In this document: positions 1 through 9,184 of the stretch, in pieces
Numbering within the stretch: position 1 is the stretch's first letter
Layout: each line of letters begins with the position of its first letter
From: Moraxella nasovis
GTDB lineage: Bacteria > Pseudomonadota > Gammaproteobacteria > Pseudomonadales > Moraxellaceae
NCBI RefSeq assembly: GCF_022701215.1
Contig: NZ_CP089976.1
Coordinates: forward strand, 360,001-392,000
Reading direction: 5' to 3'
DNA length: 32,000 nt
Position numbers and translations under genes: made by a program
The notes under the pieces: model-generated
Database searches by the model: none
Seen by the model: only the letters and a program-made list of their open reading frames with translations
What the model was told of the DNA's origin: nothing

Positions 1-612
1 CAAGATGTCGTATACGCCAAAGAATTAGGCTATAACATTAAACACTTAGGTTTTGCTTTTCGTCGAGACAATGGGTTTGAACTGCGTGTTCACCCAACGC
101 TTATCCCCGATAACACCCTACTTGCCAACGTTCACGGTGTAAAAAATGCCGTCATGGTAGATGCCCACCCACTAGGTCAGTCACTGTATTATGGTGATGG
201 AGCAGGTGCAGGGGCGACCGCTTCTGCGGTGATGGCGGACGTGATGGATCTTATCTACGTCATCACAGCTGCCACACCAAGCGATGTACCGCATTTGGCA
301 TTCGTTCCAGAAGAGCTGTCTGATGCTCGCATCTTATCAAGTGATGAAATGACTTCTGGCTATTATCTGCGTTTGACCGTTAAAGATGAGCTTGGCGTGC
401 TATCTAATGTCACTCGTATTCTTAGTGATAACGGTATTAACATTGATGCCATCTTACAAAGAGATGCCCATAAATCAGGGCTTGTGCCTGTCATTATCCT
501 AACTTTACCTGTCATCGAAAAGAAAATGAGTACTGCCATCGCACAAATTGAAGCACTCAATGCTGTGACAGAGCCTGTGGTGCGTATCCGTCTAGAAAGC
601 TTAGATGAATAA
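1..612 (+). CDS. hom: homoserine dehydrogenase, C-terminal portion (5' end outside window)
   Basis: Frame 1 is open from base 1 (QDVVYAKELGYNIKHLGFAFRRDNGFELRVHPTLIPDNTLLANVHGVKNAV...) and runs into the listed 154..612 ORF. It ends with an ACT-like regulatory domain (GYYLRLTVKDELGVLSNVTRILSDNGINIDAILQ). A hairpin terminator follows. Confidence 0.85.
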   Translation, partial: QDVVYAKELGYNIKHLGFAFRRDNGFELRVHPTLIPDNTLLANVHGVKNAVMVDAHPLGQSLYYGDGAGAGATASAVMADVMDLIYVITAATPSDVPHLAFVPEELSDARILSSDEMTSGYYLRLTVKDELGVLSNVTRILSDNGINIDAILQRDAHKSGLVPVIILTLPVIEKKMSTAIAQIEALNAVTEPVVRIRLESLDE

Positions 613-640
613 AAGTAAATCAATGGCACATCATCTCATT

Positions 641-670
641 AAAAATCCGCCTTCATTTGGCGGACTTTTA
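641..670. terminator. bidirectional rho-independent terminator between convergent hom and cysS
   Basis: AAAAA-TCCGCC(646-651)-ttcattt-GGCGGA(659-664)-CTTTT. The 6-bp GC-rich stem is flanked by an A-run and a T-run, so it reads as a terminator on both strands. Confidence 0.6.
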
Positions 671-685
671 ATGGCCTAAACCAAT

Positions 686-2128
686 CTACACCCGTCGCCA
701 CGTCGTGCCTTGGCGAGTATCTTCTAACTCCACGCCTTGCGATTTTAAGTCTTCACGAATCTTATCTGCCAAAGTAAAATTCTTATTTATTTTGGCTTGT
801 TTACGTTCTTCAATTTTGGATAAAATTTCATTCTTTGACAGACCTTGCTCTTCACCAATGATGGCTTGTAAAAACTCATTGGGATTACTTTGAGCGATAT
901 TTAACGGCTCGGCTAGGGTTTTTAGCAGTTTGGCAAACTGTTTAGCTTGTTCATAATCGCCATTTTTTACGGCTTTATTAATCTCACTTGCCGCGCCAAA
1001 CAGCACGCTGGTTGCTTTGGCGGTATTAAAATCATCATTCATCGCATTTGTGAATGTTTGTCCAAACTCACTTGCCCAAAACTGTGTTTTTTCATCATTA
1101 TTAATTAAAATGTCATTTTTATCAAATGGTTTTAGGGCGTGATAAAGTCTTGATAAAGCGGTATGGCTTTCTTTTAATGCCGTATCCGAAAAGTTAATCG
1201 GACTGCGATAATGGCTTGATAAGATAAAAAAGCGAATGGTCTCGGCATGAAAATCTTTTAGTACATCACGAATGGTAAAAAAGTTGTTCAACGATTTACT
1301 CATCTTTTCACCATCTACATTAACAAAACCAACGTGCAGCCAGTTGTTGGCATAAGTTTTACCTGTCGCTCCTTCAGATTGAGCAATCTCGTTTTCATGG
1401 TGGGGAAATTGCAAATCATGCCCACCGCCATGAATATCAAAGGTCTCTCCCAAGCAACAAGTACTCATAGCAGAACATTCAATATGCCAACCGGGGCGAC
1501 CCACGCCCCAAGGCGATTGCCATTTCGTTTCAGATGGCTCGTCTGCTTTAGCGGACTTCCACAGCACAAAATCAAAAGGATTTTTCTTATCGGTGGCTAC
1601 ATTGGTACGCTCGCTTGCCCCTGCTTGCATCTCATTAAGTTTGCGTTTGGATAATTTACCGTAGTCAGCAAAATTATCCACCGCATAGTACACATCACCT
1701 GTTGCCCCTTGATAGGCAAAGTTTTTACTTTCAAGCGTTTTAATTAATCCTTGCATTTTATCAATAAAATCGGTCGCTTTTGGCTCAAGTGCAGGTCGCA
1801 GACAGCCCAAATTATCGGCATCTTCGTGCATAAATTTGATAAAACGGTCAGTCAAAGCAAAGATACTCTCGCCATTTTCATTGGCACGAGCAATGATTTT
1901 ATCATCAATGTCGGTGATGTTTCGTACATAATTGACATCAAAACCTAAGTGTATAAGCCAGCGATAAATCACATCAAAGCTTACCATCACCCGAGCGTGT
2001 CCGATGTGGCAGTAGTCATAAACCGTCATGCCACAGACATACATACCGACTTTGCCTGCATGAATGGGTGTAAATTTTTGTTTTTGGGCACTTAGGGTGT
2101 TATAAAGGTGTAGGTTGTTCGTTGTCAT
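686..2128 (-). CDS. cysS: cysteine--tRNA ligase
   Basis: 480 aa with ATG start. Class I aaRS HIGH motif (CHIGHARV) and KMSKS motif ([10 protein letters not shown]). Colinear with E. coli CysS, including [12 protein letters not shown] and the C-terminal QGTTWRR. Confidence 0.95.
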   Translation of the reverse strand: MTTNNLHLYNTLSAQKQKFTPIHAGKVGMYVCGMTVYDYCHIGHARVMVSFDVIYRWLIHLGFDVNYVRNITDIDDKIIARANENGESIFALTDRFIKFMHEDADNLGCLRPALEPKATDFIDKMQGLIKTLESKNFAYQGATGDVYYAVDNFADYGKLSKRKLNEMQAGASERTNVATDKKNPFDFVLWKSAKADEPSETKWQSPWGVGRPGWHIECSAMSTCCLGETFDIHGGGHDLQFPHHENEIAQSEGATGKTYANNWLHVGFVNVDGEKMSKSLNNFFTIRDVLKDFHAETIRFFILSSHYRSPINFSDTALKESHTALSRLYHALKPFDKNDILINNDEKTQFWASEFGQTFTNAMNDDFNTAKATSVLFGAASEINKAVKNGDYEQAKQFAKLLKTLAEPLNIAQSNPNEFLQAIIGEEQGLSKNEILSKIEERKQAKINKNFTLADKIREDLKSQGVELEDTRQGTTWRRV

Positions 2129-2240
2129 GGCTTATTCTCAAATAAATAATCTGCCATATTACCAAAATTTTTACACTTTATAAAGACAATCATTAAAGAA
2201 CACAAAAAGCATTGCAATTTGTCTTTTTGCCTTGATAATA

Positions 2241-2275
2241 AAAAACAGACCGACTTTTATCGATCTGTTTTTATC
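2241..2275 (-). terminator. probable rho-independent terminator downstream of clpB
   Basis: CAGACCGA(2246-2253)/TCGATCTG(2260-2267) forms an 8-bp stem with one mismatch. It is flanked by an A6 run (T-run on the minus strand) and by TTTT on the plus strand. Confidence 0.5.
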
Positions 2276-2304
2276 ATATCGCACAGGTACATCAAAAGCT
2301 ATGC

Positions 2305-4872
2305 TTATTTATCAAAGGTAAGCTTGCCATCAAAGGCACCCACATGAATCGTATCTCCTGCCACGAATTCACCTGATAACAGCTTGATTGATAATGGATT
2401 TTCAATCTCTTGCTGGATAGCACGTTTAAGCGGTCTTGCTCCAAACACAGGATCATAACCAACCTCAACTAACTGCTTCATCGCATCATCTGACAAGACC
2501 AAGCTAATTTCTCTTTCTGCTAGACGCTTACGCAATCGGTCAAGCTGAATGCTTGCAATACCTGCCATCTGAGCTTCTCCTAGCGGGTGGAATACCACGA
2601 TTTCATCAATACGGTTGATAAACTCAGGACGAAAATGGCTGTTTACCGAATCCATCACCGCTGACTTAATCTCTTCATAGTCGCCACCTGCCATTTCTTG
2701 GATTTTATGGCTGCCCAAATTAGACGTCATGATAATCACGGTGTTTTTAAAATCTACCACACGCCCTTGGGAGTCGGTTAAACGCCCATCATCTAAGACT
2801 TGAAGTAAGATGTTAAACACATCAGGATGAGCCTTCTCAACTTCATCAAACAGCACTACGCTGTAAGGCTTGCGGCGTACCGCTTCGGTCAAAAGTCCAC
2901 CCTCTTCATAGCCGACATAACCTGGGGGTGCACCCACTAAACGGCTGACGCTGTGTTTTTCCATAAACTCACTCATGTCAATGCGAACCATGGCATTTTC
3001 ATCATCAAACAAAAAGTTTGCCAACGCCTTAGTAAGCTCAGTTTTACCCACACCTGTCGGTCCTAAAAATAAGAACGAACCGCTCGGCTTATTCGGATCA
3101 GACAGACCAGAACGGGTACGACGCACAACGTTAGCGACCGCCTCTACCGCTTCAGCTTGACCGATGACACGTTCGTGTAGCTTATCTTCCATCTGAAGTA
3201 GCTTTTCACGTTCACCTGCCATCATCTTAGAAACAGGAATACCTGTGGCGGCTGAGACGACTTCTGCAATCTCATTTTCGGTCACTTTATTGCGTAAAAG
3301 TTTCGTTGTCTGCTCACCTCGCTCTGCTAAGTCAGACTCTTTTAGGCGTTTTTCAAGCGTTGGGATAGTCTCATATTGCAGACGACTCATAGACTCATAA
3401 TCACCCTCACGGCTCGCCTTTTCATAAGCAATACGGGCTTTATCGAGTTCATCTTTTAACTGCTGACTGCCTTTAACCATCGCTTTTTCTGCCTGCCAAA
3501 TATCATTAAGATCGGCATACTCTTTTTCAAGCTCTGCAATTTGTTCATCTAGCAACTCAAGTTGAGCTTTTGCACCTGCATCTTCTTCACTTTTTAGGGT
3601 CTCACGTTGCATTTTTAGCCCTATCAGGCGACTGTCAAGCTTACCTAACGCTTCAGGCTTACTTTCAAGCTCCATTTTTAGGCGGCTTGCTGCTTCATCT
3701 ACTAAATCAATTGCCTTATCTGGTAAATTGCGGTCAGTGATGTAGCGGTTACTCATGCGAGCAGCAGCGATGATGGCACTGTCTTGGATATCTACGCCAT
3801 GATGAAGCTCATAACGCTCTTTAAGTCCACGCAAAATAGCAATCGTGTCTTCCACGCTCGGCTCATCAACAAGCACTTTTTGAAAACGTCGCTCAAGTGC
3901 GGCGTCTTTTTCGATATATTGACGATATTCGTCAAGCGTTGTCGCTCCCACACAATGTAGCTCTCCACGAGCTAAGGCAGGTTTTAGCATATTACCTGCA
4001 TCCATCGCCCCATCAGACTTGCCTGCACCAACCATCGTATGAATTTCATCAATAAATAAGATGATTTGACCATCAGATTTTGCCAAGTCATTTAATACGG
4101 CTTTAAGACGCTCTTCAAACTCGCCACGGTATTTTGCCCCTGCAATCAGTGCACCCATGTCAAGCGATAACACACGCTTATTACGCAGACCTTCTGGCAC
4201 ATCACCATTGACAATTTTTTGAGCCAAGCCCTCAACCACGGCAGTCTTACCGACACCTGGTTCGCCGATTAGTACAGGGTTGTTTTTCGTACGTCTTGAT
4301 AAAACCTGAATAGTGCGGCGGATTTCTTCATCACGACCGATCACAGGATCAAGCTTACCACTTTCAGCACGAGCGGTGAGATCTGTGGTGTATTTTTTTA
4401 ATGCTTCACGTTTATCTTCGCTGTTTTGTTCGTTCACGCTATCCCCTCCACGAATAAATTCAATTACTTGGCGTAATTTTGGCTCATTTACGCCTACTTT
4501 ACTAAGTATTTTGGCAGTTTCTCCAATCTCAGCAAGTGCCACAATCACCCAATCAGTCGCTAAAAATTGATCGCCTGCTTTTTGGGCGTGGCGTTCGGCA
4601 AGGTTTAGTACCTTAACAGCGTTTTGACCAATATTCACATCACCTGTTGGTGTGCCAATCACCGCTTGGTTTTCTAGCGTTTTTTGAACATCTAACTTTA
4701 ACGCATGGATATTTGCCCCAGCTTGCTCATAAATATTTAAGACGCTCTCATCTTTTAATAACACACTCAAAAGATGAATCGGCTCAATGGCGGTATGATC
4801 TTTACCGAGTGCCAAACTTTGAGCTTCTTGGACGACAGCTTGTAAATTTGTTGTAAATTTATCAAAATTCAT
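2305..4872 (-). CDS. clpB: ClpB disaggregase (AAA+ chaperone)
   Basis: 855 aa, near-colinear with E. coli ClpB. Two Walker A motifs ([16 protein letters not shown]) and a middle coiled-coil. Strong SD (AAGAGGAAAttatATG). Confidence 0.97.
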   Translation of the reverse strand: MNFDKFTTNLQAVVQEAQSLALGKDHTAIEPIHLLSVLLKDESVLNIYEQAGANIHALKLDVQKTLENQAVIGTPTGDVNIGQNAVKVLNLAERHAQKAGDQFLATDWVIVALAEIGETAKILSKVGVNEPKLRQVIEFIRGGDSVNEQNSEDKREALKKYTTDLTARAESGKLDPVIGRDEEIRRTIQVLSRRTKNNPVLIGEPGVGKTAVVEGLAQKIVNGDVPEGLRNKRVLSLDMGALIAGAKYRGEFEERLKAVLNDLAKSDGQIILFIDEIHTMVGAGKSDGAMDAGNMLKPALARGELHCVGATTLDEYRQYIEKDAALERRFQKVLVDEPSVEDTIAILRGLKERYELHHGVDIQDSAIIAAARMSNRYITDRNLPDKAIDLVDEAASRLKMELESKPEALGKLDSRLIGLKMQRETLKSEEDAGAKAQLELLDEQIAELEKEYADLNDIWQAEKAMVKGSQQLKDELDKARIAYEKASREGDYESMSRLQYETIPTLEKRLKESDLAERGEQTTKLLRNKVTENEIAEVVSAATGIPVSKMMAGEREKLLQMEDKLHERVIGQAEAVEAVANVVRRTRSGLSDPNKPSGSFLFLGPTGVGKTELTKALANFLFDDENAMVRIDMSEFMEKHSVSRLVGAPPGYVGYEEGGLLTEAVRRKPYSVVLFDEVEKAHPDVFNILLQVLDDGRLTDSQGRVVDFKNTVIIMTSNLGSHKIQEMAGGDYEEIKSAVMDSVNSHFRPEFINRIDEIVVFHPLGEAQMAGIASIQLDRLRKRLAEREISLVLSDDAMKQLVEVGYDPVFGARPLKRAIQQEIENPLSIKLLSGEFVAGDTIHVGAFDGKLTFDK
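4435..4449 (-). promoter_or_regulatory. clpB: candidate internal translation start of clpB (short ClpB isoform): SD GGAGGGG + GTG at codon 146
   Basis: The minus strand reads cgt GGA GGG Gat agc GTG aac gaa (R-G-G-D-S-V146-N-E). Codon 146 is GTG (4437..4435) with GGAGG 7 nt upstream. This aligns with the GGESV149NDQ position where E. coli clpB has its known internal GTG start. Confidence 0.5.
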
Positions 4873-4942
4873 ATAATTTCCTCTTTTTAATAGTTATCAC
4901 ATTTGTGGTTGATTAGATAAGCTGGCTTGCGTTTTTAACTTG

Positions 4943-4972
4943 TTATTAAAGTTAAACTTATTAAAGTTAAAC
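4943..4972. repeat. perfect 15-bp tandem direct repeat (TTATTAAAGTTAAAC x2) in the clpB / AhpD-like divergent intergenic region
   Basis: 4943-4957 and 4958-4972 are identical and lie 71-100 bp upstream of the clpB ATG. Confidence 0.85.
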
Positions 4973-5199
4973 ATAAGCGAACTAAAATCGTTACTTATTC
5001 AATAAACGCACAATGTGTGTCAGATGCTAAATATATGCTTGACAAATTCAAATTTTTCAATAATAAAAATATTAAATAGATAAATTATTCCATAACATAT
5101 TGATTTATAATTATTTTTATAAATTTTCATGACGCACTTGTATTTTTAAAAATCATACCCAATTAGATAGAAACACTCACAAAAAAAAGGAAGAAACTT

Positions 5200-5754
5200 A
5201 TGGCACGTCTAACCGTCCACAGCCTTGAAACCGCTCCAAACGAAGCAAAAACTCGCATGGAGAACGTCCAAAAAGCCAACGGATTTATCCCAAATCTCAT
5301 CGGTGTTTTAGCAAACTCACCCCAAGCCTTAGAATTTTATCAAGAAGTTGGTAAAATGAATGCCGCTAACTCACTAACAGCTGAAGAAGTAGAAGTGGTG
5401 CAAATTACTGCTGCTGCTCATAATGGCTGCGACTTTTGTGTAGCAGGTCACACAAAACTTGGCACGCTTAAGCTTAAAATGCCAAATGACGTACTTGAAG
5501 CTTTACGCAACCGAACTGCCATTGACAGTAATGAAAAATATCAAGCCTTAGCCCAATTTACCATGTCACTCATTGACAACCGTGGTGCAGTATCTGATGA
5601 AGCGTTAAATACCTTTAAAGCAGCGGGCTATAACGACCAAAATGTGCTTGATGTCGTGATGGGTGTGGCATTAGCAACACTATGCAACTACGCCAATAAT
5701 GTCGCTAAAACCGATATTAATAAAGAGCTTTTAGAATTTGCACCTAAACACTAA
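5200..5754 (+). CDS. carboxymuconolactone decarboxylase / AhpD-like peroxidase family protein
   Basis: 184 aa with a good SD (AAAAGGAAGaaacttATG). AhpD-type CxxC-H motif (HNGCDFCVAGH). Terminator immediately downstream. Confidence 0.8.
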   Translation: MARLTVHSLETAPNEAKTRMENVQKANGFIPNLIGVLANSPQALEFYQEVGKMNAANSLTAEEVEVVQITAAAHNGCDFCVAGHTKLGTLKLKMPNDVLEALRNRTAIDSNEKYQALAQFTMSLIDNRGAVSDEALNTFKAAGYNDQNVLDVVMGVALATLCNYANNVAKTDINKELLEFAPKH

Positions 5755-5770
5755 TTTTAAGCTTAAATAA

Positions 5771-5799
5771 AAAAGCAGGGGAAAAACCCTGCTTTTTTA
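5771..5799. terminator. bidirectional rho-independent terminator (AhpD-like gene / ABC operon end)
   Basis: AAAA-GCAGGG(5775-5780)-gaaaaa-CCCTGC(5787-5792)-TTTTTT, with an A-run and a T-run on either side. Confidence 0.7.
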
Positions 5800-5825
5800 G
5801 TAATGTCATCACTAAAATAAACTGC

Positions 5826-6098
5826 TTATCCAAATGGTCTAATATAAAACACCAAACCAACTAGGCAAATCCATACAACTGCTGACATTATCAGCATCTT
5901 AAACTTGCCTTGTTTGATACTAGGGCGGGTGGCGGCATGATAAGAAAATAAGATATAATCTGCAATGAGTGCACACACCGCCATAAATACCAATGCAACA
6001 TAAGCACGAAATGGCGCTAAAATCACAGCAGCCAAGATTGCCAAAATGCCCAAAATGCGTAAAAAGTGAGAAATAAATACCCAGTGCTTTTTGATCAT
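5826..6098 (-). CDS. small (90 aa) three-helix membrane protein, function unknown; last gene of the ABC operon
   Basis: ATG preceded by a strong SD (CAAAGGAGttgatATG). Three hydrophobic segments. Starts 42 bp after the ABC ATPase stop, with the terminator after it. Confidence 0.55.
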   Translation of the reverse strand: MIKKHWVFISHFLRILGILAILAAVILAPFRAYVALVFMAVCALIADYILFSYHAATRPSIKQGKFKMLIMSAVVWICLVGLVFYIRPFG

Positions 6099-6140
6099 AT
6101 CAACTCCTTTGGTGTAGCAATCAGTGGCTTATCGCCGTCA

Positions 6141-6935
6141 TCAGCCTAAAATAAGGCTGTCATCAGTGACTTTCTCGCCACGAGTTTTTTCAAACATCTC
6201 AAGTAAGTCTGCCACAGTCATTCCACGGCGTACATCACCTGAGACATCAAGCACGACTTGGCCTTGGTGAAGCATAACAGTGCGTGTTCCATGCGTTAAG
6301 GCTTGCTGCATAGAATGCGTTACCATCATGGTAGTCAGTTTATTCTCAGTGACAATTTGATCGGTCAGCTGTAACACAAAGTCAGCAGTTTTAGGGTCAA
6401 GGGCTGCAGTATGCTCATCTAACAGTAAGATTTTAGAAGGCTGTAAGCTTGCCATCAGTAGGCTTACTGCCTGACGTTGTCCACCTGAAAGCAAGCCCAT
6501 ACGGTCAGTTAAGCGATTTTCTAGCCCTAATTTTAGCACAGACAATTTCTCACGAAACAGCTCACGATTATTTGTATTTAGTGCATTTTTAAGACCACGC
6601 CCTTTGCCCCGCTTATAAGCCAATGCCATATTTTCTTCAATGGTTAAAGATTCGCAAGTTCCTGCCATCGGATCTTGGAACACCCTAGCTACCCAATGGC
6701 TGCGTTTATGCGTGGGCTTTTTGGTGACATCTGTTCCGTTAATGATAACAGACCCACTATCCACCGCCAAAGCACCACTGATGGTGTTTAAAAATGTAGA
6801 TTTACCCGCACCATTCGTGCCAATCACGGTCACAAATTCACCATCAGCGATGTTTAGGCTGACACCACGCAAGGCAGGATTTTCAATCGGTGTGCCTTTA
6901 TTAAAAGTTAAGCACAAATTATTTGCTTGCATCAT
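6141..6935 (-). CDS. ABC transporter ATP-binding protein (ABC.X4 / putative Trp-Tyr-type uptake family)
   Basis: 264 aa. Walker A GTNGAGKST, signature LSGGQRQ, Walker B ILLLDEH. Follows its permease with a 12-bp gap. Confidence 0.9.
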   Translation of the reverse strand: MMQANNLCLTFNKGTPIENPALRGVSLNIADGEFVTVIGTNGAGKSTFLNTISGALAVDSGSVIINGTDVTKKPTHKRSHWVARVFQDPMAGTCESLTIEENMALAYKRGKGRGLKNALNTNNRELFREKLSVLKLGLENRLTDRMGLLSGGQRQAVSLLMASLQPSKILLLDEHTAALDPKTADFVLQLTDQIVTENKLTTMMVTHSMQQALTHGTRTVMLHQGQVVLDVSGDVRRGMTVADLLEMFEKTRGEKVTDDSLILG

Positions 6936-6947
6936 AATATCACATCC

Positions 6948-7874
6948 TTAATCTGTGGTTATGCGATCAGATTTTCGCTTTACACCAAAGGCGTTCATCA
7001 AACGGCTGCGGTATTTTGGTAGCATCAAAACGATAACCACTAAAAGTGCAGTCACCAAATTAAGATCTTGGGGACCAAACCCAATACTTCTTAGCGTCTG
7101 GCTGGATAAAGCAATTTGGATAAATAGCTTATAAAGCACTGCACCAACCACAACAGATAGCGTCACCCAAAACATTTTTTTGGCAGTAATCACTGTCTCA
7201 CCGATGATGACAGCCGCTAAGCCAATGACAATTGTGCCAATACCAATAGAAATATCAGCCCCGCCTTGGGTTTGTACAAACAACGCACCTGATAAGGCAA
7301 TCAAACCATTACTAATTGCCATACCAACGATGATAATCCATGAAGTATTAATCCCTTGGGCTTGTGCCATGCGTAAGTTTGAACCTGTGGCACGCATTGA
7401 CAATCCCATCTCGGTGCTAAAAAACCAATCAAGCACAAGCTTGGCAATCAACACAACCACGCCTGCAACCACAACACGCACCCAAAAACCATTGCCATCT
7501 TCAATAAATGGTGCAAATACCGTTGGCTCGCCAAGCAATGATAAATTCGGTGCTCCCATGATGCGTAAATTAATGGAGTACAAGGCGGTCATCACTAAGA
7601 TACCTGCCAAAAGGTGCAAAATGCCAAGTTTAACGTTTAGCCAAGCGGTTATCACACCTGCTGCTGAGCCTGCCAACATACCAAAAAGACACGCCACCCA
7701 TGGATTAAAGCCAGAAACGATGGCAATACCTGCTACTGCTCCACCCAGTGGGAAACTACCATCTGCTGTCAAATCTGGAAAATCTAAAATCCGAAACGAA
7801 ATGAGTACACCAAGTGCCATCAAAGCGTAAATCAATCCGCTTTCAAGTGCACCAAAAAAGGCAATCATTGACAT
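6948..7874 (-). CDS. ABC transporter permease (partner of the PF04392-type binding proteins)
   Basis: 308 aa, highly hydrophobic multi-pass protein, in an operon between the binding-protein genes and the ATPase. Confidence 0.85.
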   Translation of the reverse strand: MSMIAFFGALESGLIYALMALGVLISFRILDFPDLTADGSFPLGGAVAGIAIVSGFNPWVACLFGMLAGSAAGVITAWLNVKLGILHLLAGILVMTALYSINLRIMGAPNLSLLGEPTVFAPFIEDGNGFWVRVVVAGVVVLIAKLVLDWFFSTEMGLSMRATGSNLRMAQAQGINTSWIIIVGMAISNGLIALSGALFVQTQGGADISIGIGTIVIGLAAVIIGETVITAKKMFWVTLSVVVGAVLYKLFIQIALSSQTLRSIGFGPQDLNLVTALLVVIVLMLPKYRSRLMNAFGVKRKSDRITTD

Positions 7875-7956
7875 AAAGCACCCTTGTTTTTATTACAACT
7901 TAAAATCAAAGCACACACCAAATAGCTTGGTGTGTGCTTATGACAATCTCATAGGA

Positions 7957-8967
7957 TTATTGAACAACCTTTGACGCACGATCAGTTACGGTTTTTGGTA
8001 TAGATATGCCTTGATCAGCGGCATTTTTAGCATTCACACCAAGCTCTAAACTTTGGGCTAAATAGACAGGAATATCACCTGCTTTCTCACCTTTTAAAAT
8101 GCGTGCTGTGATTTTACCTGTTTCACGTCCTAAATCCAGATAGTTCACACCAAGCGTTACAGCGGCACCACGCTCAATGGTGTTCGGGTCAGCAGAAATC
8201 AGTGGGATTTTTGCTTCTTTGGCAACTTGAGCAAGTGCTTCATAAGCGTTAATCACATTATTATCAGTCGATGTGTAAATGACGTCCACTTTACCTACAA
8301 GGCTTTGGGTTGCCATGGCAATATCGCTTGACTTTTGGGCAGGAGCTTCAACCAAGTTGATGCCTTTGGCAGCAAGTTCAGCTTTTAGTGCTTTTAGTGT
8401 TACCACAGAGTTTACTTCGCCTGGGCTATAAACAAAGCCAACATTTTTTACGTTTGGTAAAATCTCTTGGATTAGTGCTACTTGTGGCTCAAGGGGTAGT
8501 GCATCAGATGCACCTGTGACATTTGCACCACTACCTTCAAGCTTGGACACAAGTTTTGCTTCAACTGGATCGGTTACTGCTGAGAATACGACAGGAATCT
8601 CGCTTGTGGCTGCAACCACTGCCTGAGCTGATGGCGTGGCAATGGCGATGATGGCATTTGGATTATCTGCCGCAAACTGCTTAGCGATTTGTCCTGCTGT
8701 GGCTTGGTTGCCTTGTGCAGATTGGAAGTTTACAGTTAGGTTCTCACCTTCTTTAAAGCCCGCTGTTGCTAGCTCTTCAATCGCACCTTGACGTACTGCG
8801 TCTAATGCTGGATGCTCAACAATAGCAGTGATTGCTACTGTTTTTGTGTCTGTAGCAGTAGCAGTATCCGCCTTAGTGGTTTCGTTGCCACTACAGCCAA
8901 AAAGTGCCGCTGTAATTAGACCTAAGCCTGCTAATTTTTTAAATGTGTGAGTTGAATGAAACATCAT
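7957..8967 (-). CDS. ABC transporter substrate-binding lipoprotein (ABC_sub_bind/PF04392-like), paralog 2
   Basis: The ORF-track start at 9003 is TTG. I prefer ATGATG at 8967/8964, which follows GGAGA. Signal peptide plus lipobox (LITAALFGCSG). About half of aligned residues are shared with the upstream paralog, by eye. Confidence 0.85.
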   Translation of the reverse strand: MMFHSTHTFKKLAGLGLITAALFGCSGNETTKADTATATDTKTVAITAIVEHPALDAVRQGAIEELATAGFKEGENLTVNFQSAQGNQATAGQIAKQFAADNPNAIIAIATPSAQAVVAATSEIPVVFSAVTDPVEAKLVSKLEGSGANVTGASDALPLEPQVALIQEILPNVKNVGFVYSPGEVNSVVTLKALKAELAAKGINLVEAPAQKSSDIAMATQSLVGKVDVIYTSTDNNVINAYEALAQVAKEAKIPLISADPNTIERGAAVTLGVNYLDLGRETGKITARILKGEKAGDIPVYLAQSLELGVNAKNAADQGISIPKTVTDRASKVVQ

Positions 8968-9184
8968 AGTTCTCCAGTTCCTTGGCAGCATTGCCATAAT
9001 CAATCTTTAAACAAATAAACCAAGCGGGTTTGTTAATAGTGCCTATCCTAAATAAATCTTTATCATAAAGCAATTAATTTATGATTATTCATAAGTGTTT
9101 ATATGGATTGCCCTATTAAGATACCTAAACAAACCTGCAATCCGCCAAACTTTGGATTCTCGTTTAGCGGTTTGGTGCATAATC

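Noticed and set aside
363-1948. Short ORFs antisense to hom and cysS (363..629, 705..893, 1334..1654, 1751..1948)
   Set aside because: All lie within, and opposite to, strongly supported conserved genes.
4971-5002. Possible sigma-32 promoter for clpB (minus strand TTGAATA ... CGCTTATGT)
   Set aside because: The spacing between the -35-like and -10-like elements is about 19 nt versus the 13-15 expected. The -10 lacks the CCCC core.
7180-7830. 216-aa ORF on the plus strand
   Set aside because: It is entirely antisense to the well-supported ABC permease. Its composition (Pro/Thr/Ala/Ile-rich) mirrors hydrophobic codons on the other strand. It has no SD or independent signals.
8968-9003. N-terminal extensions given by the ORF track for several genes. 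The track starts are 9003, 10228, 17766, 18604, 24033 and 25741, and possibly 30490 and 11555.
   Set aside because: Those starts are TTG or GTG codons (or a poorer ATG) with no SD. They often lie inside an upstream gene or promoter. Downstream ATGs with an SD and a signal peptide or homology-consistent N-terminus were preferred.
9072-9095. Fur-box-like AT-rich stretch (AATTAATTTATGATTATTCATAAG) upstream of the second binding-protein gene
   Set aside because: It only loosely matches GATAATGATAATCATTATC, and in AT-rich intergenic DNA this similarity is expected by chance. I also found no convincing Fur box in the fur/bamE intergenic region.
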